Source: a virus (Duplodnaviria > Caudoviricetes). Taken from it: a DNA stretch of 59,595 nucleotides. Positions 11,354-21,294 of this stretch are shown here, piece by piece. Every line of letters begins with the position of its first letter. The first letter of the stretch is position 1. The notes under the pieces were generated by a model. That model did not search any database. It was not told the DNA's origin and worked only from the letters and a program-made list of their open reading frames with translations. The stretch spans positions 1 through 59,595 of IMG/VR virus record IMGVR_UViG_3300009183_000106. The stretch is one strand, 5' to 3'. The position numbers were made by a program, and so were the translations under genes.

Positions 11354-12459
11354 AAAAAATTCTATTTTTAATTCTAACTTCAAAAACCCACAACCATAGG
11401 GGTGAAATAAATATTGATCGGGTGGATTTAACTAGAAAATTAGACGCAATCAATACTTGGGTTGGCGATGTTTTAGATACAGATAATGATGTTATTTTTT
11501 TTGATGGTGAAAATAAAGAGGTATCATTTGATGAAAATAGTAAAACATTACACCTAACTGATTATGACGGATATGAAGATGGGGTTACTTTAAGTAAATT
11601 ATTTCCCAAAGTTAAATCGGCATTAAAATGGGTGTATGAAAATAAAGAGTTTGATACTTTATATATATGTGATGATGACATTTATATAAATTTACCTGAG
11701 TTTTTAAAAATAAGTTTCAATCATGACTTTATGTCTAATGGTTCATTAGGTGGGGGAGGATTTTTCTTAAACAAAAAGGCAATAAAATCAATTATAAATT
11801 ATGAAAATACTCATCATAAACATTGTGATCAATTAATATTTGATGTTATTAATAGTGATAATACATTAACAAAATCATTTAGTAATGATAGATGTTGCCC
11901 TTTTTATATTCCGGGAGAATTGTATTCGACAATACATTATGTGACAGGAAAAAGATCTTATTTTTTACATAATATTTTTAAATTTTACCATGAAAATGGA
12001 TATACAAATAGAAAAATTATTTTAGGTGGTGGTTTAGACTCCTACCATAAAAATAAAATTGTAAGTTATGAATCATTAGTTGGTAGAAAAACATCAAGAT
12101 GGTACGATTTTACTGTAGATTCAAATAATTGGGAATACCATAGTGGTTACGCTAGAAGTACGGTATCTGTTAATAATCTAAAAAACTTTTGGCCTTACGG
12201 AGAAAGAACCACAAAATTCTTCGTAGTTAATTTTGATAATTTATTATCAGATTATATCAACACTAATTTATTTTACCCAAATTTAGAATATATTATTAAT
12301 AAATGTGAAGAATCACTAATAGATAATGGGAATGTATTTCTAATGTCCGAAAAAAATGAAAATATAAATGGTTGGGTAATAGATAATGATATTAAAATCT
12401 CGCATAAACTAAATTTTGAATTATTAAATAATTGTAATTTTTATAGAAAAATTAAATAG
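11350..12459 (+). CDS. Putative GT31 / Fringe-like glycosyltransferase
   Basis: L..KV...LKW, YICDDDIYINL and GGGGFFLN motifs; ATGA overlap with the upstream gene. Confidence 0.65.
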   Translation: MKKILFLILTSKTHNHRGEINIDRVDLTRKLDAINTWVGDVLDTDNDVIFFDGENKEVSFDENSKTLHLTDYDGYEDGVTLSKLFPKVKSALKWVYENKEFDTLYICDDDIYINLPEFLKISFNHDFMSNGSLGGGGFFLNKKAIKSIINYENTHHKHCDQLIFDVINSDNTLTKSFSNDRCCPFYIPGELYSTIHYVTGKRSYFLHNIFKFYHENGYTNRKIILGGGLDSYHKNKIVSYESLVGRKTSRWYDFTVDSNNWEYHSGYARSTVSVNNLKNFWPYGERTTKFFVVNFDNLLSDYINTNLFYPNLEYIINKCEESLIDNGNVFLMSEKNENINGWVIDNDIKISHKLNFELLNNCNFYRKIK

Positions 12460-12460
12460 T

Positions 12461-14155
12461 ATGAATAAAAATATAACATTAGTTACAGGTCTTTGGGATA
12501 TGGGTAGAGGTAACCTTGATGGATGGGCAAAAAGAGATTTTGAATATTATAAAACTAGATTCTTTGAGTTTTTAGAAACAGATGTACAAATGTGTATTTG
12601 GATACCTAAAGATTTGGAGGAAGAAGTTTTAAAGATACGAGGTGATAGACCAACTAAAATTTTTATAAAGAATTTAGAGGATTTTAAAACTTGGAACCCA
12701 TTTTTTAGTAAGATCCAAGAAATACGTAATACTGATAGTTGGAGAAATTTTGCGGGTTGGTTGAAAGATTCCCCACAGGCGACATTGGAATTTTATAATC
12801 CGATGATGTTCACAAAAATGTTTATGTTAAATGATTCATCAATTATAAACCCATTTAATTCTGAATATCTTTTTTGGATTGATGGTGGCTTAACAAATAC
12901 GGTTAGTTCAGGTTATTTTATTAAAGACAAAGTTTTAGATAATTTAGAGAATTATATGTTATCATTAGATAAAGAATATGTTCATATAACCTATCCTTAT
13001 GAGGCTAATGATGAAATTCATGGGTTTGAAAGAAGTGGTATGTCAAAATATTGTGGTACTGACTATGTTAATTATGTAGCAAGAGGTGGTTTCTTCGGTG
13101 GTCATAAAAATACAATCCATAATATGAATACATTATATTATGGGATAATGGAATCCACATTAAAGGATAATTTAATGGGTGCGGATGAATGTTTATTTAC
13201 AATATTATGTCATAATCACCCTGACTTAATTCATAGGTTTAAAATTGAAGGTAATGGATTGGTATGGCCGTTTTTTGAAAATTTAAAAAGTTTTGAACAA
13301 CCTATTGATGTTGAAACTAAAATAAAAAATAATGATGTTGTTGGTAGTGAAATAGGATTATATGTAATTACATTTAATTCACCAAAACAATTTGAAACTT
13401 TAATTGAGTCTATGTTGGATTATGATCCATCATTTCTAACTAAAACTAAAAAATATCTACTTAATAATTCGACAGACTTATCAACAACTGAAAGATATAT
13501 TCAACTGTGTGACCAATATGGGTTTGAACATATTAAAAAAGATAATATTGGTATAACAGGTGGTAGACAATTTATTGCAGAACATTTTAATGATCAAAAT
13601 AATTTAAGTCATTATTATTTCTTTGAGGATGATATGTTTTTCTACAATGGTTCTGAAATAACTTGTAAGAATGGATTTATTAGAAAAATAAAAAACATAT
13701 TTGACAATACTTTAAAAATTATTAAAGAAGAGAAATTTGATTTTTTAAAGTTAAACTTTACAGAATTTTATGGTAGCCATAATAAACAATGGGCTTGGTA
13801 TAATGTTCCACAATCATTTAGAGAATCCCATTGGGTAAATAACCCAAGATTACCTGAACATGGTTTAGATCATAATTCACCTAATTTAGAATTTAAACAC
13901 ATTAAATCTTACAATGGAATACCATATGCTACAGGTGAAATATACTTATGTAATTGGCCAATAGTAATGTCAAAAGAAGGTAATTATAAATGTTATCTCA
14001 AAACAAAATTTGGTATGCCTTACGAACAAACTCTTATGTCTCATTGTTACCAAGAAATGGTAAAGGGTAATATAACGGGTTCTGTGCTACTTGCAACGCC
14101 AACTGATCATAATAGATTTGATTTTTATGATGGTAGTTTAAGAAAAGAATGTTAA
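12461..14155 (+). CDS. HtrL/YibB-like glycosyltransferase domain fused to a GT-A-like domain
   Basis: ITLVTGLWDMGR, NPFNSEYLFWIDGG, GGFFGG; C-terminal NIGITGGR, YYFFEDDMF. Confidence 0.7.
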   Translation: MNKNITLVTGLWDMGRGNLDGWAKRDFEYYKTRFFEFLETDVQMCIWIPKDLEEEVLKIRGDRPTKIFIKNLEDFKTWNPFFSKIQEIRNTDSWRNFAGWLKDSPQATLEFYNPMMFTKMFMLNDSSIINPFNSEYLFWIDGGLTNTVSSGYFIKDKVLDNLENYMLSLDKEYVHITYPYEANDEIHGFERSGMSKYCGTDYVNYVARGGFFGGHKNTIHNMNTLYYGIMESTLKDNLMGADECLFTILCHNHPDLIHRFKIEGNGLVWPFFENLKSFEQPIDVETKIKNNDVVGSEIGLYVITFNSPKQFETLIESMLDYDPSFLTKTKKYLLNNSTDLSTTERYIQLCDQYGFEHIKKDNIGITGGRQFIAEHFNDQNNLSHYYFFEDDMFFYNGSEITCKNGFIRKIKNIFDNTLKIIKEEKFDFLKLNFTEFYGSHNKQWAWYNVPQSFRESHWVNNPRLPEHGLDHNSPNLEFKHIKSYNGIPYATGEIYLCNWPIVMSKEGNYKCYLKTKFGMPYEQTLMSHCYQEMVKGNITGSVLLATPTDHNRFDFYDGSLRKEC

Positions 14156-14892
14156 AGTATTTTATTACTCTTCCTTAAATTATCTTCCGCCCATAGAGGT
14201 TGAAGATTAGTATAATGACAAAGTTTATAAATTTCTTCTTCGGTATTTGCGGACGATAATGGTATTATGTGGTCTATGTGTATGTACTTACCCATTAAAT
14301 CCCAAGTCATCCCTTCGGTAAATTGGTTTTCAAGGTGTTCTTTAAGAAACTTCGGAGAACAACCTACAATATCAAACGTTTTATTTTGTTTTATAATATT
14401 GTTATTTTTTAGAAAAGTATAGATTCTACCTCTTACATTATGTGATAAACGATAAATTGGGTTATTTATTTTTTTAGTTTTTAAAAATTCATTACGTTTT
14501 TCTCTATTAATATTATTATATTTTTTATTATATTCTAAACGTTTTTCTCTATTATTATAGTAATATTTTGTGCTGAGGGTTCTGAATTTTTCTAAATTTT
14601 TTTCTTTATTTTCGTGATAATGTTTTTTAACTCTTTCTATAAGAACTTCTTTATTATTTTGATAATATTTTTTAACGTAATTAGGATTTTTTTCACGAAA
14701 TTTTTTATGATAATCGGGATTATCTATTTTCCATAATTTTAAATATGTTTTATTTTCATTTACTCTTGTTTTTGTATAAATAATTTTACATTCTTTACAA
14801 GAACTATAATAACCATCTATTTTTGATTTATCCGTGTAAAACTCACAAACCTCTTTTTCTTCTTTACATTTACTACATATCTTTGTTTGCAT
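14152..14892 (-). CDS. HNH endonuclease with N-terminal Cys4 zinc finger (homing-endonuclease-like), copy 1
   Basis: CSKC...CKEC; HIDHIIPLSSA...LCHYTNLQPLWAEDNLRKSNK. Confidence 0.85.
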   Translation of the reverse strand: MQTKICSKCKEEKEVCEFYTDKSKIDGYYSSCKECKIIYTKTRVNENKTYLKLWKIDNPDYHKKFREKNPNYVKKYYQNNKEVLIERVKKHYHENKEKNLEKFRTLSTKYYYNNREKRLEYNKKYNNINREKRNEFLKTKKINNPIYRLSHNVRGRIYTFLKNNNIIKQNKTFDIVGCSPKFLKEHLENQFTEGMTWDLMGKYIHIDHIIPLSSANTEEEIYKLCHYTNLQPLWAEDNLRKSNKIL

Positions 14893-15028
14893 AATACTCT
14901 ATTAATAATTTCTCTAACAATCTTGATTTATTTGTTTTTTCTTTAACCATACGATTAAATAAACGAGGATCTAAACTTATTCCAAACTTAACCTTTCTGT
15001 CTTCAACTAATTTTAATTTTCTTCCCAT
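14873..15028 (-). CDS. 51-aa ribbon-helix-helix-like DNA-binding protein upstream of HNH copy 1
   Basis: MGRKLK...KVKFGISLDPRLF...NKSRLLEKLL; start placed at 15028, 5 nt after TATTTAT; paralogue at 30884. Confidence 0.65.
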   Translation of the reverse strand: MGRKLKLVEDRKVKFGISLDPRLFNRMVKEKTNKSRLLEKLLIEYYANKDM

Positions 15029-15115
15029 ATTATATAAATATCGCAAAAAATTAAAAAGTATCACTTTTTTTAAATTAAAATAAAAAAATCAAGTATTTAT
15101 ATATAAAACAATTAA

Positions 15116-16402
15116 ATGGAGTGGTACATAAAAAAAAATGCTACGTTACCCGTTTTAAAGATGCAAGTCGTTAAAGACGGTAGAAGTGATTATAATAAGA
15201 TGATGGAAATGATTGTGGAATCTTCTATCTTTTTTTCAATGGTAGATACTGAGACGGGGATTCCAAGAATTGTTACTAGACCCGCTGGATTTGTTGAGAA
15301 AACATTAATGGATCCTAATGCTGAGTATGAATATTATGTTTATTATCAATTCACATCAAATGACACAAGAAAAGTTGGGAGATATGAAGGCCAGTTCTTA
15401 TTAAGAAATTCAGATGGTACATTAATTTTACCTATTAGAGAAAAACTATATATAAACGTACAGGAAAGTTTCATTGCTGATGATCTTCCGTATGAGTCTT
15501 GTTATGTTGTTGAGTTCCCTTGTTGTGCAAGTATCCCAACAACATCTACAACAACCACAACCCCTTGTCATAGTTGTGGACCATGTTGTCCTCCAACACC
15601 AACCCCTTTAACAACAACCACAACCACAACCCCTACTCCAACATCAACACCTCCTGAAAATGTTGTTTATGATTTATCTATAGATGTGACAGCTGGTTCT
15701 ATTGTTGTTGATTGTGTGTTGACATGTGATCGACCTGTTGATCAACTTGTGACATTAGAGGTTAATACTATTTTAGATTTGTTGTCTGGAGGTTCAATTA
15801 ATATACCGGCAACGGTATCTATATTACCAAATGAATTGTCAGGAACTATTCAGGTGATTAATACTGATTATGATTACTCTGATTTAGGGGAGACTGGGTA
15901 TTTTGAGACTGGTGAAGTAAATGTGAGTGGGTTAACTTATAACCTTAATGGGGTTTTGAATCATTTCATTGTTACTCCAACACCAACTCCGACTAATACG
16001 ACTACACCAACTGTAACCCCAACAAAGACTTTAACTCCTACACCGACTCCTACACCAACAACATTAAACGATAATTTAATTGTTTATTATGGTAAATTGG
16101 AAAAATTATTTGTTGATTCAAATGATATGGTAGATTTGGGTATTTTGGAGACTAAAAATATTAAAAATGTATATTTATCTTACGGTATGATACCAGGGTA
16201 TTGTTATGTGGTTGTTCCTGAGATATTGGATCAGCCGGTACACTTTAAAAACAGTGTTGATGGATGTAATGGATTTACCATTCCGTTCGCAAGACTTGAC
16301 GACATTAGTGTATATGACTCAAATGGTGTTGCCAGTGTATATTATGTGTATAGATCTTATGTGTCAACAAGTTCAAGTGTTGATGTATGGGTTTGTGATT
16401 AA
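15116..16402 (+). CDS. Virion structural protein with BppU-like N-terminal domain and Thr/Pro linkers
   Basis: IKKNATLPVLKMQVVKDG...YYQFTSNDT..VGRYEGQF; Cys cluster; two TP-rich tracts; TATTTAT at 15094. Confidence 0.6.
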   Translation: MEWYIKKNATLPVLKMQVVKDGRSDYNKMMEMIVESSIFFSMVDTETGIPRIVTRPAGFVEKTLMDPNAEYEYYVYYQFTSNDTRKVGRYEGQFLLRNSDGTLILPIREKLYINVQESFIADDLPYESCYVVEFPCCASIPTTSTTTTTPCHSCGPCCPPTPTPLTTTTTTTPTPTSTPPENVVYDLSIDVTAGSIVVDCVLTCDRPVDQLVTLEVNTILDLLSGGSINIPATVSILPNELSGTIQVINTDYDYSDLGETGYFETGEVNVSGLTYNLNGVLNHFIVTPTPTPTNTTTPTVTPTKTLTPTPTPTPTTLNDNLIVYYGKLEKLFVDSNDMVDLGILETKNIKNVYLSYGMIPGYCYVVVPEILDQPVHFKNSVDGCNGFTIPFARLDDISVYDSNGVASVYYVYRSYVSTSSSVDVWVCD

Positions 16403-16418
16403 AAAAAATTATATGTAA

Positions 16419-16913
16419 ATGTCAGAATTTGAATTACTAGGAGGTATTGGTGTAATGGGCTTTATAAGCCCGATGGATACAAGAGACTCTTATGCTGTTA
16501 TTGACCCAATTTATGGTATTGATGGACTTAGAAATGTTCATTCGATCCATGATTTAAATACCATTCCGTTTCTGAGAAGAAGGTCGGGTATGATTGTGGG
16601 GGTTAATGGTGGTGAGAAGTATTTCAAGTTAAAAAAGATTTCATGGATAAATGATATTACTGATTGGGTTGAAATTGATTTAACTAAAATCATTTATATA
16701 GATAAGGAGATTCCTTATGGAGTAATTGATGGAATTAACGATATTTTTGAATTATCTTCTGACCCAATTCCCAATTCTGAGCATTTATTCTTAAATGGGT
16801 TATTAAATGATTCTGGTATAGATGAGGACTATTTAATTGAAGGTAAGACCATTAAATTTTCCATTCCGCCTGATATTGGCATGAAAATAAGATGTAGTTA
16901 TCGCAGTTTTTAA
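16419..16913 (+). CDS. Putative virion structural protein
   Basis: IPFLRRRSGMIVGV motif and C-terminal LFLNGLL...DY...I.F module, shared with the end of ORF 17319. Confidence 0.55.
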   Translation: MSEFELLGGIGVMGFISPMDTRDSYAVIDPIYGIDGLRNVHSIHDLNTIPFLRRRSGMIVGVNGGEKYFKLKKISWINDITDWVEIDLTKIIYIDKEIPYGVIDGINDIFELSSDPIPNSEHLFLNGLLNDSGIDEDYLIEGKTIKFSIPPDIGMKIRCSYRSF

Positions 16914-16965
16914 TGAGATTGTAGATATTTATAGTTAAGTGAAATAACAAAAAAGTAAAGACTAA

Positions 16966-17214
16966 ATGAATATTAATATGAGTGAGATTATAACCTATGT
17001 AACATCCGATTTATATTTAACCGCCTATCTAAAGACTATGGGGTATAAATTAAAGGTTGAGAAAGTTAAAACAAAATCAAACTTTATTTTTGAATCTTCC
17101 CCCGAGCTACTATCACATGTAGATGAGTATTTAACCGAAATGGGTTCCTGTGAACCGTTGGCGTACACAAACGCAATCAAGAACATTAAAAATTTATTGT
17201 ACAACAAAAAATAA
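16966..17214 (+). CDS. DUF5659-like small protein
   Basis: TSDLYLTAYL..GY.L...FIFE...P..Y..AIKNIKNLLY pattern recalled for this family. Confidence 0.55.
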   Translation: MNINMSEIITYVTSDLYLTAYLKTMGYKLKVEKVKTKSNFIFESSPELLSHVDEYLTEMGSCEPLAYTNAIKNIKNLLYNKK

Positions 17215-17318
17215 ACATTTTAATTAATGTGTTTTTTTTTGTTAATGACCCTTTAAACCGGGTTGTGCAAAATTTCTATGTCCTTAAAAAATAAATAAAT
17301 AATTAAAAACAAATTTTT

Positions 17319-20300
17319 ATGTCAAATACTAAAATTGTATTAAATAGACAGTCTGATTTAATATTGGACAACGCGGAAATTACATCACCAGTTGGTATCG
17401 TCTTAGCTGACATCGCTGGAGCTACTGATGCAATATCTGCTGAAGAATCATTAAGAGTAGCTGCGGTAGCTGCTGAAGAATCAATGAGAATAGCTGGTGA
17501 TGTTGAAGTAACTCAACTGGTAAGAAATGAACGAGATACTCGTGTCGCTGCTGTATCTACTGAAGAGTCTGCTCGTATCGCTGGTGATTTAAACCTTCAA
17601 AACCAAATCGACAATGTACTGTCTAATGTTGATGGTGCTGCTTTGGATTCATTAACGGAAATCGTTGGAGCTTTCCAATCTGCTGATGATGATTTGAATG
17701 GTGCTATCACACTTTTAGCTAACACTGCAAGTTCTGCATTGTCAACTGAAGTTGAAGCTCGTATCTCTGATGTTGACGCTGAACAAGCAAGAGCTGAATC
17801 AGCTGAAGCTGTATTGACTGCTGATTTATCTGCTGAAAGATCTGCTAGAATTCTTTCTATAGCTGCTGAAGTTGAAAAAGAAGTATCTAAAAGAATCGCT
17901 GATGTTGATGCTGAAGAGTCTCGTGCTAGCGAAGCTGAAGAAATGTTAGCTGCTGATTTATCTTCTGAAGTTGCTGCTCGTGAAGCGGCTATTTCTGCTG
18001 AGTCATCAGTTAGAAGAGAAAATGATGAGGCCGAAGAGTCTCGTGCTATCGAAGCTGAAGGTTCATTAGCTACAGTTATCGCTGCTGAACACAGTGAACA
18101 CATCGCAAACGAATTATCTATCGTTACTGCAATGGATGCTGCTGATTCATCTGAAGCATCTGCTCGTATCGCTGGTGATGCATCATTAACTGCTGATTTA
18201 GCTGCTGAAGGTGTTCGTGCTGGAAACGCTGAAGGCGTATTAACTGCTAATTTAGCTGCTGAAGGTGTTCGTGCTGGAAATGCTGAAGCTAGTTTAGCTA
18301 CTGATTTAGCTTCTGAAATCATGAACAGAGGTAATGCTATTGATAATGAGCAATCTGCAAGAATCGATGGTGACCAATCACTACAAAACCAAATTGATTT
18401 CATCACAGACAACACTGATGCTGCTGCAATTGATTCATTAACTGAAATCGTTGCTGCTTTCCAAAGTGCTGACGGAGAAATCAATGGTGCAATTACTACA
18501 TTAGCAGATGCTGCTGGTGCTAACTTGTCAACTGAGGTTGCTCGTGCTACAAGTGTTGAAGGTGTATTAACTGCTGATTTATCTACTGAAGTTGCTGCAA
18601 GAGAAGCTGCTGTTTCTATGGAAGAAGCTGCTCGTATTGCTGCTGAGTTAGTTTTAACTAATAGTTTATCTGTTGAAGTTGCTGCACGTATCGCTGATGT
18701 TGATGTTGAAGAAGCAAGAGCAATGGCTGCTGAGTTAGTTTTAACTAATGATTTATCCGCTGAAGTTGCTGCTCGTATCGCTGATGTTGATGCTGAAGAG
18801 TCTCGTGCTATGGCTGCTGAGTTAGTTTTAACTAACAACTTGTCTACAGAAATGTCTGCACGTATTGCTGACGTTGATGCTGAAGCATCTCGTGCTACTG
18901 CTGCTGAAGGTATATTAACTGCTGATTTATCAAGTGAAGTTGCTAACAGAGGAACAGCTGTAACTGCTGAAGCTTCTTACAGAGTTGCTGGAGATTTATC
19001 TCTACAAAACCAAATTGACTTCATCACAGAAAACATCGACCCAGTTGCTATCGATTCATTAACTGAAATCGTTGCTGCTTTCCAATCTGCTGATGGTGAT
19101 ATTAACGGAGCAATTACAGAATTAGCTGATGCTGCTGGTGCTAACTTGTCAACTGAAGTTGCTCGTGCTACAAGTGCTGAAGCTGTATTGACATCTGATT
19201 TATCAAGTGAAGTATCTGCAAGAATTGCTGATGTTGATGCTGAAGAGTCTAGAGCTACTGCGGCTGAGTTAGTTTTAACAAACGATTTATCTTCTGAAGT
19301 ATCAAACAGAATTGCTGACGTTGATGCTGAAGAGTCTCGTGCTACTGCTGCTGAGTTAGTTTTAACAAACAACTTGTCTACTGAAGTTTCTAACAGAATT
19401 GCTGACGTTGATGCTGAACAAGCAAGAGCTGAAAGTGCTGAAGCTGTATTGACTGCTGATTTATCAAGTGAAATGTCTGCTCGTATCGCTGATGTTGATG
19501 CTGAAGAGTCTAGAGCTATGGCTGCTGAAGATTTACTTGATGGTGACCTTCGTTCTGAAATGATGAACAGACAAATTGCTGTTGATGCTGAAGCATCTTA
19601 CCGTGTTTCAGGTGATTTGTCACTTCAAAACCAAATTGACTTCATTACATCTAACGTTGATGCTGCTGCAATCGATTCATTAACTGAAATCGTTTCTGCG
19701 TTCCAATCTGCTGATGGTGATATCAACAACGCAATCACTACATTAGCTGATGCTGCTGGTGCTAACTTGTCAACGGAAGTTGCAAGAGCTGAAAGTGCTG
19801 AAGCTGTATTGACTGCTGATTTATCAAGTGAAGTATCTAATAGAGAATCTGCTGACACTAGTTTAGCTGTTGCTTTATCTATTGAAGTGTCTAAAAGAAA
19901 TGATTTAGGACAAAGCGTTTATTCTGAAGTTTCTAACAGAACTGCTGACGTTGATGCTGAAGAATCAAGAGCTATCGCTGCTGAAGGTGTTTTAACATCA
20001 GATTTATCTTCTGAAGTTGCTAACAGAGAAGCTGCAATATCTGCTGAAGAATCAATGAGAGTTGAAGCTGACGCATCTATCGCTGCTGAATTGTCTTCTG
20101 ACATTGCTGGATTAGCTGATGTTGATGGAACAACTATCGTTCTTAACGGTGATACTAACCAAATCGAATTGGCTGACGAAGTTGCTGCTGGTGCTGGTGG
20201 AAATAGAACGTTCTTAGGTGAAATAGATATCAAAACAATCTTGAAAGTAGGTGGTGTTGATGTAATGGCTGAAATTAGTTCAGAAATTGCAAGAGCTGAA

Positions 20301-20765
20301 GCTGCTGAAGCGTCTATCGCTGAAGAATTGTCAACTGAAGTATCTTACTTAATAGCTAACACAGATTTAGGTTCAATCGATTCATTCGCTGAAATCGTTT
20401 CTGAATTGTCTAATGAGATTGCAAGAGCTGAAAGTGTTGAGGGTTCAATTGAAACTTCTGTTAACAACTTGTCAACTAACACTGAGATGTATGTAGATGA
20501 TAATAGACCTACAATGCTTGGATTCAAACAAGACCCTGATGGTGCAGTCTCAGCATTCACATGTAATGTTGAAATTGAAACACAAATTGTATTCCTTAAT
20601 GGTATAATGCAACTTGAAGACCAAGATTACACTATTGCTTCTGTTGCTGGAGCGAAAGGCGCAATGAATACTGAGGTTACATTTGCTTCTGCACCAGCAG
20701 CGACAGATAGAATCAATATCTATGGTGTTTCTAACAAGATTCGTCCATTTTTAGGAATAAATTAA
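17319..20765 (+). CDS. Long acidic Ala/Glu-rich coiled-coil fibre protein
   Basis: 29-aa repeats (EVAARIADVDAEESRATAAELVLTNDLSS) interrupted four times by LQNQID...(L/I)DSLTEIVxAFQSAD; C-terminal VFLNGIMQ...DYTI module. Confidence 0.75.
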   Translation: MSNTKIVLNRQSDLILDNAEITSPVGIVLADIAGATDAISAEESLRVAAVAAEESMRIAGDVEVTQLVRNERDTRVAAVSTEESARIAGDLNLQNQIDNVLSNVDGAALDSLTEIVGAFQSADDDLNGAITLLANTASSALSTEVEARISDVDAEQARAESAEAVLTADLSAERSARILSIAAEVEKEVSKRIADVDAEESRASEAEEMLAADLSSEVAAREAAISAESSVRRENDEAEESRAIEAEGSLATVIAAEHSEHIANELSIVTAMDAADSSEASARIAGDASLTADLAAEGVRAGNAEGVLTANLAAEGVRAGNAEASLATDLASEIMNRGNAIDNEQSARIDGDQSLQNQIDFITDNTDAAAIDSLTEIVAAFQSADGEINGAITTLADAAGANLSTEVARATSVEGVLTADLSTEVAAREAAVSMEEAARIAAELVLTNSLSVEVAARIADVDVEEARAMAAELVLTNDLSAEVAARIADVDAEESRAMAAELVLTNNLSTEMSARIADVDAEASRATAAEGILTADLSSEVANRGTAVTAEASYRVAGDLSLQNQIDFITENIDPVAIDSLTEIVAAFQSADGDINGAITELADAAGANLSTEVARATSAEAVLTSDLSSEVSARIADVDAEESRATAAELVLTNDLSSEVSNRIADVDAEESRATAAELVLTNNLSTEVSNRIADVDAEQARAESAEAVLTADLSSEMSARIADVDAEESRAMAAEDLLDGDLRSEMMNRQIAVDAEASYRVSGDLSLQNQIDFITSNVDAAAIDSLTEIVSAFQSADGDINNAITTLADAAGANLSTEVARAESAEAVLTADLSSEVSNRESADTSLAVALSIEVSKRNDLGQSVYSEVSNRTADVDAEESRAIAAEGVLTSDLSSEVANREAAISAEESMRVEADASIAAELSSDIAGLADVDGTTIVLNGDTNQIELADEVAAGAGGNRTFLGEIDIKTILKVGGVDVMAEISSEIARAEAAEASIAEELSTEVSYLIANTDLGSIDSFAEIVSELSNEIARAESVEGSIETSVNNLSTNTEMYVDDNRPTMLGFKQDPDGAVSAFTCNVEIETQIVFLNGIMQLEDQDYTIASVAGAKGAMNTEVTFASAPAATDRINIYGVSNKIRPFLGIN

Positions 20766-20791
20766 TCCATAACACTTAACACATAAAGATA

Positions 20792-20817
20792 ATGGGAGGA
20801 TGAAATACTCCTCCCAT
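20792..20817 (+). other. Intergenic stem-loop without U-tract
   Basis: atgggagga-tgaaatac-tcctcccat. Confidence 0.6.
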
Positions 20818-20836
20818 ACCTTAAAAAATAAAACAA

Positions 20837-21211
20837 ATGATAGAAGTACCTTTAAAAATAGAAATTAAAGAAAGTCCAAATAAAGGACTTGGTGTGTTTG
20901 CGAAGGAAAAAATCTTAAAAGATGAAATCATTGAAATATGTCCTTTAATTAAATTAGATGTACCTCATAATTCAGATGTTTTAGATGACTACAGATTCTA
21001 TTATCCAAGAAAAACGGCAAAAGATTATGTAGTTGTGTTAGGGTATGGGTCTTTGTATAATCATAACGACCAAAACAACGCTGATTGGAGAGATGGAAAA
21101 CCAATGACATTTGAATTTTTTGCAACTAAGGACATTGAACTTGGTGAAGAAATTTATTTAAAATACGGTGGACCAGAATACTTCAAACAAAGGCCAAAAG
21201 ATTGGTTGTAA
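20837..21211 (+). CDS. Stand-alone SET-domain protein-lysine methyltransferase
   Basis: SPNKGLGVFA, GYGSLYNH...NA, FFATKDIELGEEIYLKYG. Confidence 0.9.
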   Translation: MIEVPLKIEIKESPNKGLGVFAKEKILKDEIIEICPLIKLDVPHNSDVLDDYRFYYPRKTAKDYVVVLGYGSLYNHNDQNNADWRDGKPMTFEFFATKDIELGEEIYLKYGGPEYFKQRPKDWL

Positions 21212-21228
21212 TAAAACAAACACATAAT

Positions 21229-21261
21229 GGGGGAGGTTTACCTCCCCTATTTATGTTTTTT
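21229..21261 (+). terminator. Intrinsic terminator after the SET gene
   Basis: ggggagg-ttta-cctcccc followed by tatttatgtttttt. Confidence 0.65.
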
Positions 21262-21294
21262 AAATAAACAATTAAAAATTAAAAAATAAAAAAA

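Noticed and set aside
17597-20560. Long minus-strand Ser/Ala-rich ORFs (up to 413 aa)
   Set aside because: Shadows of the GCT/GAA-biased fibre gene, with no independent signals.
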